Below are positions 22,471 through 32,943 of a stretch of 64,000 nt of DNA, one piece after another. Numbering within the stretch: the stretch's first letter is position 1; each line of letters opens with the position of its first letter. The notes beneath the pieces are model-generated. The model was given only the letters and a program-made list of their open reading frames with translations. It was not told the origin of the DNA and searched no databases. The position numbers and the translations under genes were made by a program. The DNA is from a virus (taxonomy: Duplodnaviria > Caudoviricetes). Location: positions 1 through 64,000 of IMG/VR virus record IMGVR_UViG_3300021255_001866; one strand, given 5' to 3'.

Positions 22471-23579
22471 AAGGGTTTGTTGGAAATATAGATTGGATTA
22501 ATGCAGAAAGTATGCGTTATTGGAGTTTTACTGCGGCAACTCCAGCAGAAAAGCGTCGGCAAGAAGCTCATAATATGATTTTTTCTGGTGATTACATTGG
22601 AGCCATGAAAGTAGATGGATACTATGAACGTCTTATTAAAGATGAAGATGGTAACTGCTTTATGGTCGCGCGTAGTAAGAACGTAAAAGGTGAAGCCACC
22701 GAAAAGCTTGCATGGGTGCCGCAAATTTATGACTTTATGGAAAGTTTACCGAATGGAACTGTTCTACTTTCTGAATGTTATCTACCTGGTAATGAAGGAA
22801 GCCAGAAGATTACTAGTTTGCTTGGATGTTTGAAAGATAGATGTATTGAGCGGCAAGAGAAAGGCCAGAAACTTCATTTCTACGTTTTTGATGTGATGGC
22901 TTACGATGGTATTGATCTTACGAAGGATAAGTTTACTGATCGAGTTGAAGTTCTTATGCAGATGAAACAGTATTATAAAAGCGAATATATTGAATGGGCA
23001 ACTTACTATGAAGGCGAAGAGCTTTGGAATAAACTTCAAGATTATCTTGCATCTGGTCGTGAAGGCATTGTAATTATGCATAAAGATGCTCCAGTATATT
23101 TTAAACGGACGCCCGCGCGCGTAAGTCTCAAGATTAAGAAAGAGCTAAAAGAGTCAATTGATTGTTTTTTTACTGGCAAGGCTATGGCACCAACTAAGTT
23201 GTATTCTGGTAAAGATATTGAACATTGGACTTATTGGGTTGATGCTTACACAGATAAACGCATTCCAGTTGGCGAGCATTATTATGATGTTGTACATAAT
23301 AATAAACCATATACTGCTGTTACAAAGCCATATTATATGGGATTTGCTGGAAGCCTTGAAATTGGTGTAATGGATGGAGATAAAGAAGTTGGTATTGGTT
23401 ATTTGAGTGGACTAACTGATGAAGTAAAAGCCAATTATAAAGATTATATCCACTATGTAATTGAAGTTGGGGCGATGCAGTTGACACCAGATGGCGCGCT
23501 TCGTCATGGAAAGATGCTTGGATGGCGTCCAGATAAACCTTGGAGAGAATGTAGTATTGAACAACTGAAATCACTCTGA
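22467..23579 (+). CDS. ATP-dependent DNA ligase
   Basis: KVDG (motif I), LLSE, FDV, EGIV, LKIK. Confidence 0.8.
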   Translation: MKGFVGNIDWINAESMRYWSFTAATPAEKRRQEAHNMIFSGDYIGAMKVDGYYERLIKDEDGNCFMVARSKNVKGEATEKLAWVPQIYDFMESLPNGTVLLSECYLPGNEGSQKITSLLGCLKDRCIERQEKGQKLHFYVFDVMAYDGIDLTKDKFTDRVEVLMQMKQYYKSEYIEWATYYEGEELWNKLQDYLASGREGIVIMHKDAPVYFKRTPARVSLKIKKELKESIDCFFTGKAMAPTKLYSGKDIEHWTYWVDAYTDKRIPVGEHYYDVVHNNKPYTAVTKPYYMGFAGSLEIGVMDGDKEVGIGYLSGLTDEVKANYKDYIHYVIEVGAMQLTPDGALRHGKMLGWRPDKPWRECSIEQLKSL

Positions 23580-23615
23580 ATATGGAGAATCATATCTTAA
23601 AATTCACTTTAAACT

Positions 23616-24005
23616 ATGAGTAAGATAGAAGATAGATTTGAACAAATCTTTATATCTGCTGGAGTTAAATATGTTAGAGAAAAGACTTTTCCCAGTTTAA
23701 AGAATGGAATTTTAAGATATGATTTCTTTCTGCCCGATTTAGGTGTCTTAGTTGAAGTTGATTCTATGCTTCATTTTAAACCAATTCCCAAATTTCACAA
23801 GACAAAAACTGATTTCACTCATGCGTAGTAGAATGATAGATTAAAGAATAGTTATGCGCTCTCTCATAATTTGAAATTATTTCGTGTGCCTGAGTGGGAA
23901 TTCTCTAATGTAAATACTTTAGCTGATATATTACAAGAAAAATTTCATGTCACTAATAAGTGGCATAATGATATAATCTATCGGGAGTATTTAAAGGGTC
24001 AATGA
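23616..24005 (+). CDS. DUF559/Vsr-like endonuclease (TAG TAG = Gln Gln)
   Basis: REKTF..RYDFF..LVEVD..H..[QQ]NDRLKN..LFRVPEW. Confidence 0.75.
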
Positions 24006-24030
24006 CCTTATTTTTATGGAGGCCACAGAA

Positions 24031-24603
24031 ATGTTTCAATGGATTAATTTATAGGAGGTCTGTAATATTATAATACTGATTAGTGCAGTTATAATAGCAG
24101 GAAAAAACATTTTTGGTTTTTTCAAAAAACCAGTTGATGACCTCCATAGCCATGCAAAAAAGGCAGAGGAAAAACGGATTGAAGAAGTAATTGAAGCTAA
24201 AGTTCCAGACTTATTGTAGAAGCATGGAAATTCAGTTAAAGAAGAACGAAAGAAAGAAACTGAAGCTATGATGGAATCATTAAAAGCGGCAGTTGTAAAT
24301 GCGTTGGACGATAAGGTAGAAGAGCTAAAAGAAATTACTTTAGATCAAGGGGTTTAGATTACTTCAATAAAAGCTTCAATTGAAAAATTGAGCGATGCAT
24401 AGATGGATATAATGAGATATGATATGAATCGTATTTATTATAAATATCGTCCATACAAAAAGATTTTAGATTGCGACAAGAAAGCATTCTTAAAATTTTA
24501 CTAGGATTATCACGGAATGGGTGGCAATACTTGGATTGATGGATTATATAATGAAGTAAAGGATTGGGAAATTGTAAAAGACGAAAAGGAACTGGAAAGT
24601 TGA
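24031..24603 (+). CDS. membrane-anchored protein, possibly holin- or lysis-associated (5 TAG=Gln)
   Basis: N-terminal hydrophobic helix, coiled coil and a YHGMGGN..LY motif; continuous 190-aa frame. Confidence 0.6.
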
Positions 24604-24652
24604 CTTTTAAGTAAATATATGATATAATATACATAAAGTAGGAGGATACTTT

Positions 24653-25627
24653 ATGTATATTTTTTTAATTTTAGGTTGTATTTTGATGGCGGCCGGTGCA
24701 TGGATGATGTGGAAGGGCCGTAAATTAGAGTAGTAGACTGTTGCAGAGATTTAGATTAAATACAAAGATGAATTAGCAAAAGAGCTAGCAGAATTTACTG
24801 ATGCGTGTAATAAAACTGAAAAGGCGTTAAGAGAAAGGGTTGAAGTTGCTAAATAGAGAGCGGCAGAAGCATAGGAACATACAGATACGCTTGTTGCGGC
24901 TGAACAATAGCGGCTGGCCGCGGAACTTCAACATAAAAAAGAATTGGAAGAAGTTAAGATATAGCAAGAGCATGAGAAGCAGATAGAGTAGTTAAGATTA
25001 CTCTACTAGAGAGAAGATGGAGAATTACATGCACAGTATGTATTAAAATAGGCGAAATATTAGAGAGATATAGATTAGTTGAAAGCTGAATTTGATGAGT
25101 TTGCCGTTATGTAGTAGGCGGTAAATGAAGCTATACTTCGATAGAAAGAATTGAAAGAGAAAGAAGATTTTTATTCTATTATTGTACCAGAGAATGATAG
25201 AGAAGATATAAAAGTTTTATAGTCAATGGACTTAAAATTACATAATAGAGATGTTATTCCAAAATTAATTTGGGAACTATATATACGGCGACCATGTCAA
25301 GAGATGATTAAACGAGTAACTGGTGGCCGAAAAATTAGTGGTATTTATAAAATTACTTATAAAGAAACAGGAGAAGCATATATTGGAAAGACAACCGACT
25401 TTGCCACTCGTTGGCAAAACCATTGTAAAACCGCTATTGGGCTTGAAGGGGCGGCGCGGGCAACTTTACACAATCGCTTGGGTCAAGATGGTCTTTGGAA
25501 TTACACCTTCGAAATCCTCGAAGAAGTGGACAAAGATAATTTATCCTCACGTGAAGCATTTTATATTGATCTTTACGGAACAAAGTCGCAATTAAACATG
25601 AAGAGTGGAGATAAAAATGGAACTTAG
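24653..25627 (+). CDS. TM helix + coiled coil + C-terminal GIY-YIG domain protein (16 TAG=Gln)
   Basis: AGGAGG RBS; continuous 324-aa frame; SGIYKIT..YIGKT..RW..H at the C-terminus. Confidence 0.85.
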
Positions 25628-26651
25628 TAAGATACAGCAAGAAATAGTAAATACGAATAAACCATATGTTGCAGTCGTTGCGGCGGCCGCGGCCGGCAAG
25701 ACGAGAGTATTAACAGAAAGAGTGCGGAAGATGTTAAAGGATGGGATTAATCCAAAGGACATCGCAGTAATTACATTTACTAATCTCGCCGCACAAGAGC
25801 TACAAGAACGACTAGCCGGTGACTATAAGCCAGGAATCTATATTGGCACAATTCATGGCTTGGCCGCCTACTTTTTACGGCTTAATGGTGTGGATGTCGG
25901 AGAGATGGCTGATAAGAAAGAATTTGATGAGTTCTTTGAGATATTGCGGGCGCATCCGAATTATGTAAGGCATATTCCGCACATACTTCTTGATGAAGCT
26001 CAAGACACATCTCCTAATGAATATGAGTTTATTTTTGATATGATTAGTCCAGATACTTTTTTTGTAGTAGGGGATTACAGGCAAGCAATCTATTCTTTTA
26101 AAGGCGCTGATCCAGAATTGTTTGATAAGTTGATTACCGATCCAGGAGTATCGGTATATAGTTTAAATGAGAATTATCGAAATGGCGATAAAATATTAAA
26201 GTTTGCGAAAAAAGTTCTTGGAAAGAAAAACTCAGTAGATGATTCTATTCCAATGCGGCAAGGTGGTATAGTTTGGGAAGGAGACGCAACACTTTCTAAT
26301 CTAAAGAACTGGATCAAAGAAACTGGGGAATATAAAGATTGGGCAGTTCTTTGTACAACGAATAAAATTATTCAAGAAGTGTGCGGTCTACTTGAAGCAA
26401 ATGGAATACCAACTATCACTTTTAAACAAGGTGAAGTAACAAAAGATCAACTTGAGAGTAATATGAATAGTAATAAAGTAAAGGTTTTAACATATCATTC
26501 TGCAAAAGGTTTGGAATTTCCATATGTTGCCGCTTGGAAACCAAAGAATTGGGGCGGAGATGAGACTGATAGAGTCAATTATGTTGGAGCTACACGAGCA
26601 AAAGATGTATTACTTTGGATGAAAGAAAAAAAGAAGAGTAAGTGGTTTTAA
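25617..26651 (+). CDS. UvrD/Rep-family SF1 helicase (compact)
   Basis: AAAGKT, DEAQD, VGDYRQAIY, NYR, TYHSAKGLEF, YVGATRA. Confidence 0.9.
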   Translation: MELSKIQQEIVNTNKPYVAVVAAAAAGKTRVLTERVRKMLKDGINPKDIAVITFTNLAAQELQERLAGDYKPGIYIGTIHGLAAYFLRLNGVDVGEMADKKEFDEFFEILRAHPNYVRHIPHILLDEAQDTSPNEYEFIFDMISPDTFFVVGDYRQAIYSFKGADPELFDKLITDPGVSVYSLNENYRNGDKILKFAKKVLGKKNSVDDSIPMRQGGIVWEGDATLSNLKNWIKETGEYKDWAVLCTTNKIIQEVCGLLEANGIPTITFKQGEVTKDQLESNMNSNKVKVLTYHSAKGLEFPYVAAWKPKNWGGDETDRVNYVGATRAKDVLLWMKEKKKSKWF

Positions 26652-26652
26652 C

Positions 26653-27681
26653 TTACTCTTCTTTTATTGTATCTTTATCTACCCAGCCAAATACATTTGA
26701 TGTACTACCTAATGTTTTTATTAGGTGGTAAGGGTGTTTTGCTGTATTTTTTATGATAGTAATACGTGCTTTACCTGGTGTTGCGTCTGAACCAGCGGCC
26801 GCGTTTGCTGTTGCATAATGCTTGCCGCCGAGAAATTCAATAATTGTACCAGTTTTTAAAGTAGTTTGAGAAGTGCTTGGTTTTGAATAAGGACCAAGCG
26901 CTTTTTGAATTGCGGCGAGTGTATCTGGGCCAGCTTCGCCATCTGCAAGAAGGTTGTGGTCTTGTTGGAATTTGTAGACGGCTTTGTAAGTGTTTTCACC
27001 AAAGTCTCCATCTGCACCATCTGGGCCGCAAGTATATCCAAGATGAATTAGGTCATTTTGGAGTTTTTTCACTTGTGCGCCGGTGTCACCACGACGAAGA
27101 ATTGTTGTGGTGGTTGGGGATGGAGTGATGGGAATAGATGGTAAATCAATATCTGAGATGCTGTCGGCATATTGCCAGCGTGGCCGCCCATATCCTTGGA
27201 TTTGTCCGTTGGATTTGTTGTAAGAATGGCGTGAGACTTGGTCAGATGAATTACCTTCTATTGTAGTAATTTGATTACCGCTGACGGTTTCGACTATGCC
27301 GGTATGGCCGTATGTGAAGAAGATTTGATCGCCGGGTTGTGGAGATCGTGTCCATTGATTTGCTTGCTGGTAGTAGCTTGCGGAATAGATACATCCGGCA
27401 CCCGCGCTATTAAGTGGCTGGCATAGCATTTTCATTGCGGTTTCTTTGCCGAAGCACTTGTAGAAGAGCCAGTCAACAAATACATCACACCAAGCATATC
27501 CATTTTTTAGGCCGTTATAGAAGTTACTAAGCGAGTCAAGGTCGCGCGCATATTTGGTGTAGTTACCACCACCAGGATTTGCGGTTTTACTATCTAATTG
27601 GCTATTACTTGATTTTTCGTGATAGCCAATTTCGTTTCTGGCGAGATTTAATACAGCATTAATTGCTTCTTGCTGAGTCAT
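26653..27681 (-). CDS. endolysin: CHAP catalytic domain + peptidoglycan-binding domain + C-terminal cell-wall-binding region
   Basis: WCDVFV..GHTGIV..TIEGN (CHAP); LRRGDTG..VKKLQ..DGDFG..T..A..FQ (PG-binding). Confidence 0.9.
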   Translation of the reverse strand: MTQQEAINAVLNLARNEIGYHEKSSNSQLDSKTANPGGGNYTKYARDLDSLSNFYNGLKNGYAWCDVFVDWLFYKCFGKETAMKMLCQPLNSAGAGCIYSASYYQQANQWTRSPQPGDQIFFTYGHTGIVETVSGNQITTIEGNSSDQVSRHSYNKSNGQIQGYGRPRWQYADSISDIDLPSIPITPSPTTTTILRRGDTGAQVKKLQNDLIHLGYTCGPDGADGDFGENTYKAVYKFQQDHNLLADGEAGPDTLAAIQKALGPYSKPSTSQTTLKTGTIIEFLGGKHYATANAAAGSDATPGKARITIIKNTAKHPYHLIKTLGSTSNVFGWVDKDTIKEE

Positions 27682-27998
27682 TCGACATTAATTTCTTTGG
27701 AAACGTCGCAGATCTTATCAATCATTTCTCCAACAACATCCCAATCAATTTCGTAATTTAATGTACTGGCCACGGCTTTGAGTTCATTAATAACCCATTC
27801 TTTCTTGTCGGCACCTTTGTCAAACATAGTCTCGGCTTGAGACATAAGATTCATAACGAGTACGAGCATAGAACTCCAATTCTTTTCTTTTGCGTTCTTT
27901 TTGACGTATTCAATTAATTTGACAACAAGTGGGACGAGGATCGCAATGCCGCTGAGTATAGAGATAATTGCTTGAATCCAGAAATTAAAATGTTCCAT
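27678..27998 (-). CDS. holin (LL-H-like)
   Basis: One N-terminal TM segment plus GADKKEWV; overlaps the endolysin start. Confidence 0.75.
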   Translation of the reverse strand: MEHFNFWIQAIISILSGIAILVPLVVKLIEYVKKNAKEKNWSSMLVLVMNLMSQAETMFDKGADKKEWVINELKAVASTLNYEIDWDVVGEMIDKICDVSKEINVE

Positions 27999-28002
27999 TG
28001 AA

Positions 28003-28266
28003 TTATCCTCCGTTGTTCATTTCTTTCATTAATTCTTCTTGGTGCTTTTGGTCTTCGAGTTGCCATTCACGTTCACGATAGCGTTCTTTTGTAGATTTAA
28101 TGAGTCCCATAAAGCCACATTCTCCAGTACAAGCTACGAAGAAGCAAGTACAAAGTGTATCTGGAATGGCACCGGTAATAAGATAGATGTATATCATTAT
28201 TGCGGTGAAGATGAAGACAGAGATACCAATAAGGATTAAGATTGTATCCATTGTTTTTCTTTTCAT
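28003..28266 (-). CDS. two-TM membrane protein in the lysis cassette
   Basis: Two hydrophobic segments, directly upstream of the holin. Confidence 0.65.
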   Translation of the reverse strand: MKRKTMDTILILIGISVFIFTAIMIYIYLITGAIPDTLCTCFFVACTGECGFMGLIKSTKERYREREWQLEDQKHQEELMKEMNNGG

Positions 28267-28420
28267 GGAGTTTCACCTTCAGAAGAAAGTAAAAGAAATG
28301 TGGTTATATTATAGAGAAGTGATTTAAAGCGCTTTTAATCTTATAAATCTTTGTACTTCTCCTATTTTTCTCCACTTTTTATTGAAAACTAATACTCTCT
28401 TTTAGGAGGATTAAATTTTA

Positions 28421-30541
28421 ATGAGTGTTTTAAAAAGATATAACGGCACTACTTGGGAAATAGTCGGTCCAGAAATTACGTCCACTCGTTTCGATTCGAT
28501 CGACGACATGATCGCGCCTGAGTATAGCCCGACTGAAACATATAATGTAGGCGACTACGTTGTACAAAGCGATCATTTATATAGATGTATAAGTACAATT
28601 GAGACTGCGGAAGAATGGACGCCAGAACACTGGACGGCAGCAAAAGTAGCCGATGAAGTTTCTGACTTAAATCGAGCATTAATGAAAGAAATTGTATCAA
28701 CAAACTTTGCTGTTAATGGTGGAATACGTGCATCAACTGGTGAAGTTGTTTCTGGTTCTAATCGGCTGACAAGTGTTACTGCATTTTCTGGACAGGCATA
28801 TTACTTCGTGAGGGCAATAAACGATTATTCGTTTTTCGTTTATGCTTGGGACGGCAACACATATTTAGGTTCATACCGAAATGGAGCATTTTCTCCAACT
28901 ACAGGAGCAGAAAGTTTAACATCATTTCAGTTTATCAGATATCCTTCCTCATATCTATTTAAGTTAGTTGTAAAACGCCCGGGCGCCGAGACGATAGAGC
29001 TTTCCGAATCAAGTAATATTTTGTTTGTTGTTAATGCAATAAATCTTGACACTACATTAACGATATCAGGAGACGCGGCAGACGCAAAAGCTGTAGGAGA
29101 TGCACTAGCATTAAAGGCAACAATTGCGGATGTTTTGAATTTTATGTATGCCGGGCGCGATTCATCGAGGGTAACCCCATTACCATTCGGGCACTACAGG
29201 ACTAACGGGTTATCTGCTGTTGATTTCAGGGAGATGCCGCTGAACACATATATATACTCGACGTTCGCCATGATTAAAACCGGCTTGTCAGATACGGGAA
29301 TGCCAGATAACGACTGGAGCGACAGCGATTATATATGTATGGTTCGCAATGCCGCTGGATTAGCAAATAGTAACGTGTCAATTATAACGCTATATAATTA
29401 CACGAAAACGCGCATGCTGACGATGTTGTATTTTGCGACAGCATCGACGAATAAATTCCGCTGGATTACAACAGGCGTAGTCAACAATAACGAAATTGAA
29501 TATGTTATCAATCAATATGCGAATGAGTATAATGTGGCAGCATCGCCGAGCATAACGACGGATACGAATAATTATTTGCAGCCAAATGGCAGCACAGACA
29601 TGGCCACGGCCATAGTAACAATGCTCACACAGACGGGCGTGTGCAACCTTGCACCCGGTGACTTCTACGTTTCCGGCGTTGAAATGCCGAACGATACCAT
29701 GATTCGTGGTAGCGGCTCAAAGACAAGGATTATTCTGCTCGATTCCGTTTCGGACGGGTATGCCGTCAAAATGGGGTCACGGTGCATTGTTGAAGATTGC
29801 TACATCCTGGGACAGACTTCATCTTATTCACCCACTTCGACAATCGGAACACGGCACGGAATTTTGTGGCAAGGCACGGCAACACCGGAAACGATCACTT
29901 CAGATAAGCCGCTCCGTGGCACGATTTCAAATTGCTATATCAGCAACTTCTCCGGTGGTGGCATCTATTGCCAAGGAACCGGAACGGGTATCAGTAATTG
30001 CCTCAACGTTGTTAATGTTTTCGTGAACAATTGCGCCGTTGGCGTTTACATTCCGCTTCTCAGCGAATTTAACAGATTCACGAACGTTGATTGCCGTGGG
30101 TGCTATTACGGGAGCATCAACAACGGGGGGAACAACGTTTTCACGAACTGCGGATTTTCCAAGAATATCGTTGGGATCATGATTGACAACTCAAACGGTC
30201 AATCAACGAACAGCGCACACGGAACATACAACGGATGTGTTTTCAACCATTCCGGGGCAAGTAATGACGGGGTGGCCTTGAAACTGTTGGGGATTACTGC
30301 CCGTGAGATTTTTACGGGATGCCAAATTTTCTTCGGTACGGTTGAGATTGAAAACAGTAAGGGCATTGTTATCAACGCCTGTAACTTTGGGAGCAATATT
30401 CCGATCAATATTACAGGCGGCAAAACGGTGCTTTTCACCGGGTGCGTTTTCTCCGATGCTCCGACTATCACGGTTGAGAGCAACACGGACACCCATTTCG
30501 TGAACTGCTACACCGGGGACGGGGTAGCAGTTGAACCGTGA
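28421..30541 (+). CDS. tail fibre/spike-like protein with a pectin-lyase-like beta-helix (putative depolymerase)
   Basis: N-terminal YNVGDYV..LYRC repeat, LAPGDFYV..MIRGSG, repeating N/C/G-rich beta-helix rungs. Confidence 0.75.
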   Translation: MSVLKRYNGTTWEIVGPEITSTRFDSIDDMIAPEYSPTETYNVGDYVVQSDHLYRCISTIETAEEWTPEHWTAAKVADEVSDLNRALMKEIVSTNFAVNGGIRASTGEVVSGSNRLTSVTAFSGQAYYFVRAINDYSFFVYAWDGNTYLGSYRNGAFSPTTGAESLTSFQFIRYPSSYLFKLVVKRPGAETIELSESSNILFVVNAINLDTTLTISGDAADAKAVGDALALKATIADVLNFMYAGRDSSRVTPLPFGHYRTNGLSAVDFREMPLNTYIYSTFAMIKTGLSDTGMPDNDWSDSDYICMVRNAAGLANSNVSIITLYNYTKTRMLTMLYFATASTNKFRWITTGVVNNNEIEYVINQYANEYNVAASPSITTDTNNYLQPNGSTDMATAIVTMLTQTGVCNLAPGDFYVSGVEMPNDTMIRGSGSKTRIILLDSVSDGYAVKMGSRCIVEDCYILGQTSSYSPTSTIGTRHGILWQGTATPETITSDKPLRGTISNCYISNFSGGGIYCQGTGTGISNCLNVVNVFVNNCAVGVYIPLLSEFNRFTNVDCRGCYYGSINNGGNNVFTNCGFSKNIVGIMIDNSNGQSTNSAHGTYNGCVFNHSGASNDGVALKLLGITAREIFTGCQIFFGTVEIENSKGIVINACNFGSNIPINITGGKTVLFTGCVFSDAPTITVESNTDTHFVNCYTGDGVAVEP

Positions 30542-30794
30542 TTCTGATGTAAAGGACGTTTTAAAAAATAATCTTACAAAAATTTCTCCCGCAAAATTTC
30601 CAAATTTTTCTCCAATTTTATATAGCTCTTCTCCACTAGTTCTACTTAGTACTGTAAGGAAAAAGAGTTGAAATAAATGGCCCTTACACCCTAAACTGTT
30701 TAGCGGTTCAGTTTCTCGCTTTACACCCGCTTAAAATTATCAAAATTTTAAATAATCTATATCACAACTTTACTTAGTAGTGAAAGGAGTAGTA

Positions 30795-31253
30795 ATGGCT
30801 GGATATAATACACCAAACTTAGGTTCTCTCCAACAACAGATCCAAGGACTTCAACAGCAATATCAAGCACTTACTGGACAAAATCAATTTATTCCTCAAG
30901 TTCCAGTACCTGTACAAGTCCCGGTTCCTATTCCTTCCCGGCAAGTTCAATATGTAGAAGGTATGCAAGGCGCGAAGCTCTACCAAGATAATCTTCCATC
31001 TAATAGTTCTGAAATAATTATGGATAAAGATGAAAACATCTTCTACATGGTTTCTAAAGATGCAAATGGAACACCTTCAAAACATATAACTCGCTGTCGT
31101 TTTGAAATAGACGAAACACCAGAAGAAGAGCCTACATTTTTAACTCGAAAAGACTTGGACGATTTCAAAGAAGAAATTCGTCAATTATTCGCAAGTCAAT
31201 CTCAATCTCAAAAACAAGTAACACTTAGTTCTAATGCCCCAAAGAAGGGCTAA
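30795..31253 (+). CDS. Gln/Pro-rich hypothetical protein (first gene of a four-gene cluster)
   Basis: AAGGAG RBS; followed by three co-oriented small genes. Confidence 0.7.
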   Translation: MAGYNTPNLGSLQQQIQGLQQQYQALTGQNQFIPQVPVPVQVPVPIPSRQVQYVEGMQGAKLYQDNLPSNSSEIIMDKDENIFYMVSKDANGTPSKHITRCRFEIDETPEEEPTFLTRKDLDDFKEEIRQLFASQSQSQKQVTLSSNAPKKG

Positions 31254-31266
31254 AAAGGAGAATATA

Positions 31267-31575
31267 ATGAATAGTTTATTAGGTGGAATTGGAAATGCTT
31301 TTATGAATATGGCGCGCGGGCAATCTGCGATGCCAAAAATGGCGGCTACAGCTCAGCCGCAAATGCCTAATATTCTTATGCAAGCTATGGGCGCAGCACT
31401 TCGTGGAGAAGATCCACATACTTTTATGCAGAACCTTGCGGCTCAGCATCCACAGCTCAAGTAGTATGATCTATCGAATTTACAACAAACCGCGCAGTAG
31501 GTATGTCAACAAAATGGTGTTGATATGCAATCGGCCATTGATTAGATAGATAATATTACTTCTTCAATTACGTAA
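31267..31575 (+). CDS. Met/Gln-rich hypothetical protein (3 TAG=Gln)
   Basis: Continuous 102-aa frame; TAG codons fall among CAA/CAG codons. Confidence 0.75.
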
Positions 31576-31675
31576 TCACCATATAAGTAAAATCATGTAA
31601 GTAATATTATCTGATGAACTTATATGGATTTTACTTATGTGTTGAAATTTATATATATTCGGAGGAATACTTGAA

Positions 31676-32206
31676 ATGAATGGTAATTCTACGAGTTCTT
31701 TCTTTGGATCTGACTGGCTCGGTGCCTTTCTGATCATTGCTGTTCTGTTTGGTGGTTTTGGTGGCTTTGGCTTTGGTGGCCGTGGATATGGCCCTGGCAA
31801 TTATGCCACTCCAGAGTATGTGCAGAGTGTTGTTAATAATCAGTCTACTCAGACCGGTCTTCGTGATATCCTTCTGTCTTCTGCTAATAACAATTATGAG
31901 ACTGCCCAACTCATTAACCAGCAGACCAACACCCTTCAGCAGCAGAATTATGCAAATCAGATTAACGTTGTTCAAGGCTTCAATGCTATCCAGCAAGCCA
32001 TTTCGGCTCTCGGTTATCAGATGGATTCTTGCTGCTGCTCTATCAAGACTCAGATGCTCCAAGACAAGTACGAGCAGCTTGAAAATGCTTATCGTACCGC
32101 TCAAAATGATCTGTCTAATGCAGCACAGAGCCAGTATATTCTCAATGCGCTTGGCCGCTTCGTGGCATATCCACCGGCCGCAGCTACTATTGCTACTCAA
32201 GGCTAA
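31676..32206 (+). CDS. Gly-rich TM + coiled-coil protein with a CCC motif
   Basis: LFGGFGGFGFGG..GYQMDSCCCSIK; GGAGG RBS; followed by a terminator. Confidence 0.8.
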   Translation: MNGNSTSSFFGSDWLGAFLIIAVLFGGFGGFGFGGRGYGPGNYATPEYVQSVVNNQSTQTGLRDILLSSANNNYETAQLINQQTNTLQQQNYANQINVVQGFNAIQQAISALGYQMDSCCCSIKTQMLQDKYEQLENAYRTAQNDLSNAAQSQYILNALGRFVAYPPAAATIATQG

Positions 32207-32268
32207 GGACTTGTGTAGTAGAAAGCGGGTAAGAAATTACCCGCTATTTTTTATAAGGAGAGATAAAG

Positions 32269-32580
32269 ATGAAAATTATTAAATGTTTAGAAGATTTTAT
32301 TCATGAAGAGATTCATGATGGAGAGAAATATATTAAAAAGGCACTGGAGATTAGAGAAGAGTATCCAGAAGTGGCTGAAGTATTAAATATGCTAAGTGCG
32401 GAAGAGATGAAGCATATGCAGATGCTTCATAATGCGGTTGTGAAGATTATTGAGAATTATCGGAGGGAAAAGGGAGAACCGCCTGCTGCGATGATGGCAG
32501 TGTATGAGTATCTGCATGAGAAGTATATTGAAGAAGCAAAAGAAGTTAAAGTTTTACAGTAGATGTATATGGAGAAATAA
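32269..32580 (+). CDS. ferritin-like four-helix protein (one TAG=Gln near the C-terminus)
   Basis: EEIHD..Y..EEMKH ferritin-like ExxH spacing. Confidence 0.65.
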
Positions 32581-32943
32581 GATTTAAAGAAGAATTGTGG
32601 TGCATATCCATGTCAAAAGACAGTGCTAAAGGAGATATGCAAGCGTCAGTTCGTGAGGGGGAGATTGACGCACTTAAAGAAAAATTTAAATTACTTCGAC
32701 ATATAAAAATAATACGTCAGACATATATGTCTGGCGTATTTTTACTACGTACTGGGCGGCCGGTCTATCGCTTGGCCGCATTCAACATATAAAATATAGG
32801 TAGAAAAGATAACTTTTCTACCTATTGAAGTAATTTAAATTTTTCTTTTAATGTGTGACTGTTGTAGACCAAGGACGAGCGCAGGCACTTATCCTATCTA
32901 ACTGAGCCACAGTTTGTTCTGTTTTTCTGACTTAAAGCGTCCT

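Noticed and set aside
14536-25627. TAG-interrupted ORFs as pseudogenes
   Set aside because: Interruptions are exclusively TAG, fall at Gln-compatible positions and leave frames intact to TAA/TGA; recoding explains all of them.
31580-31650. Hammerhead ribozyme (CTGATGA in a hairpin loop)
   Set aside because: No correctly placed stem II, GAAA and stem III; it folds as a single long hairpin.
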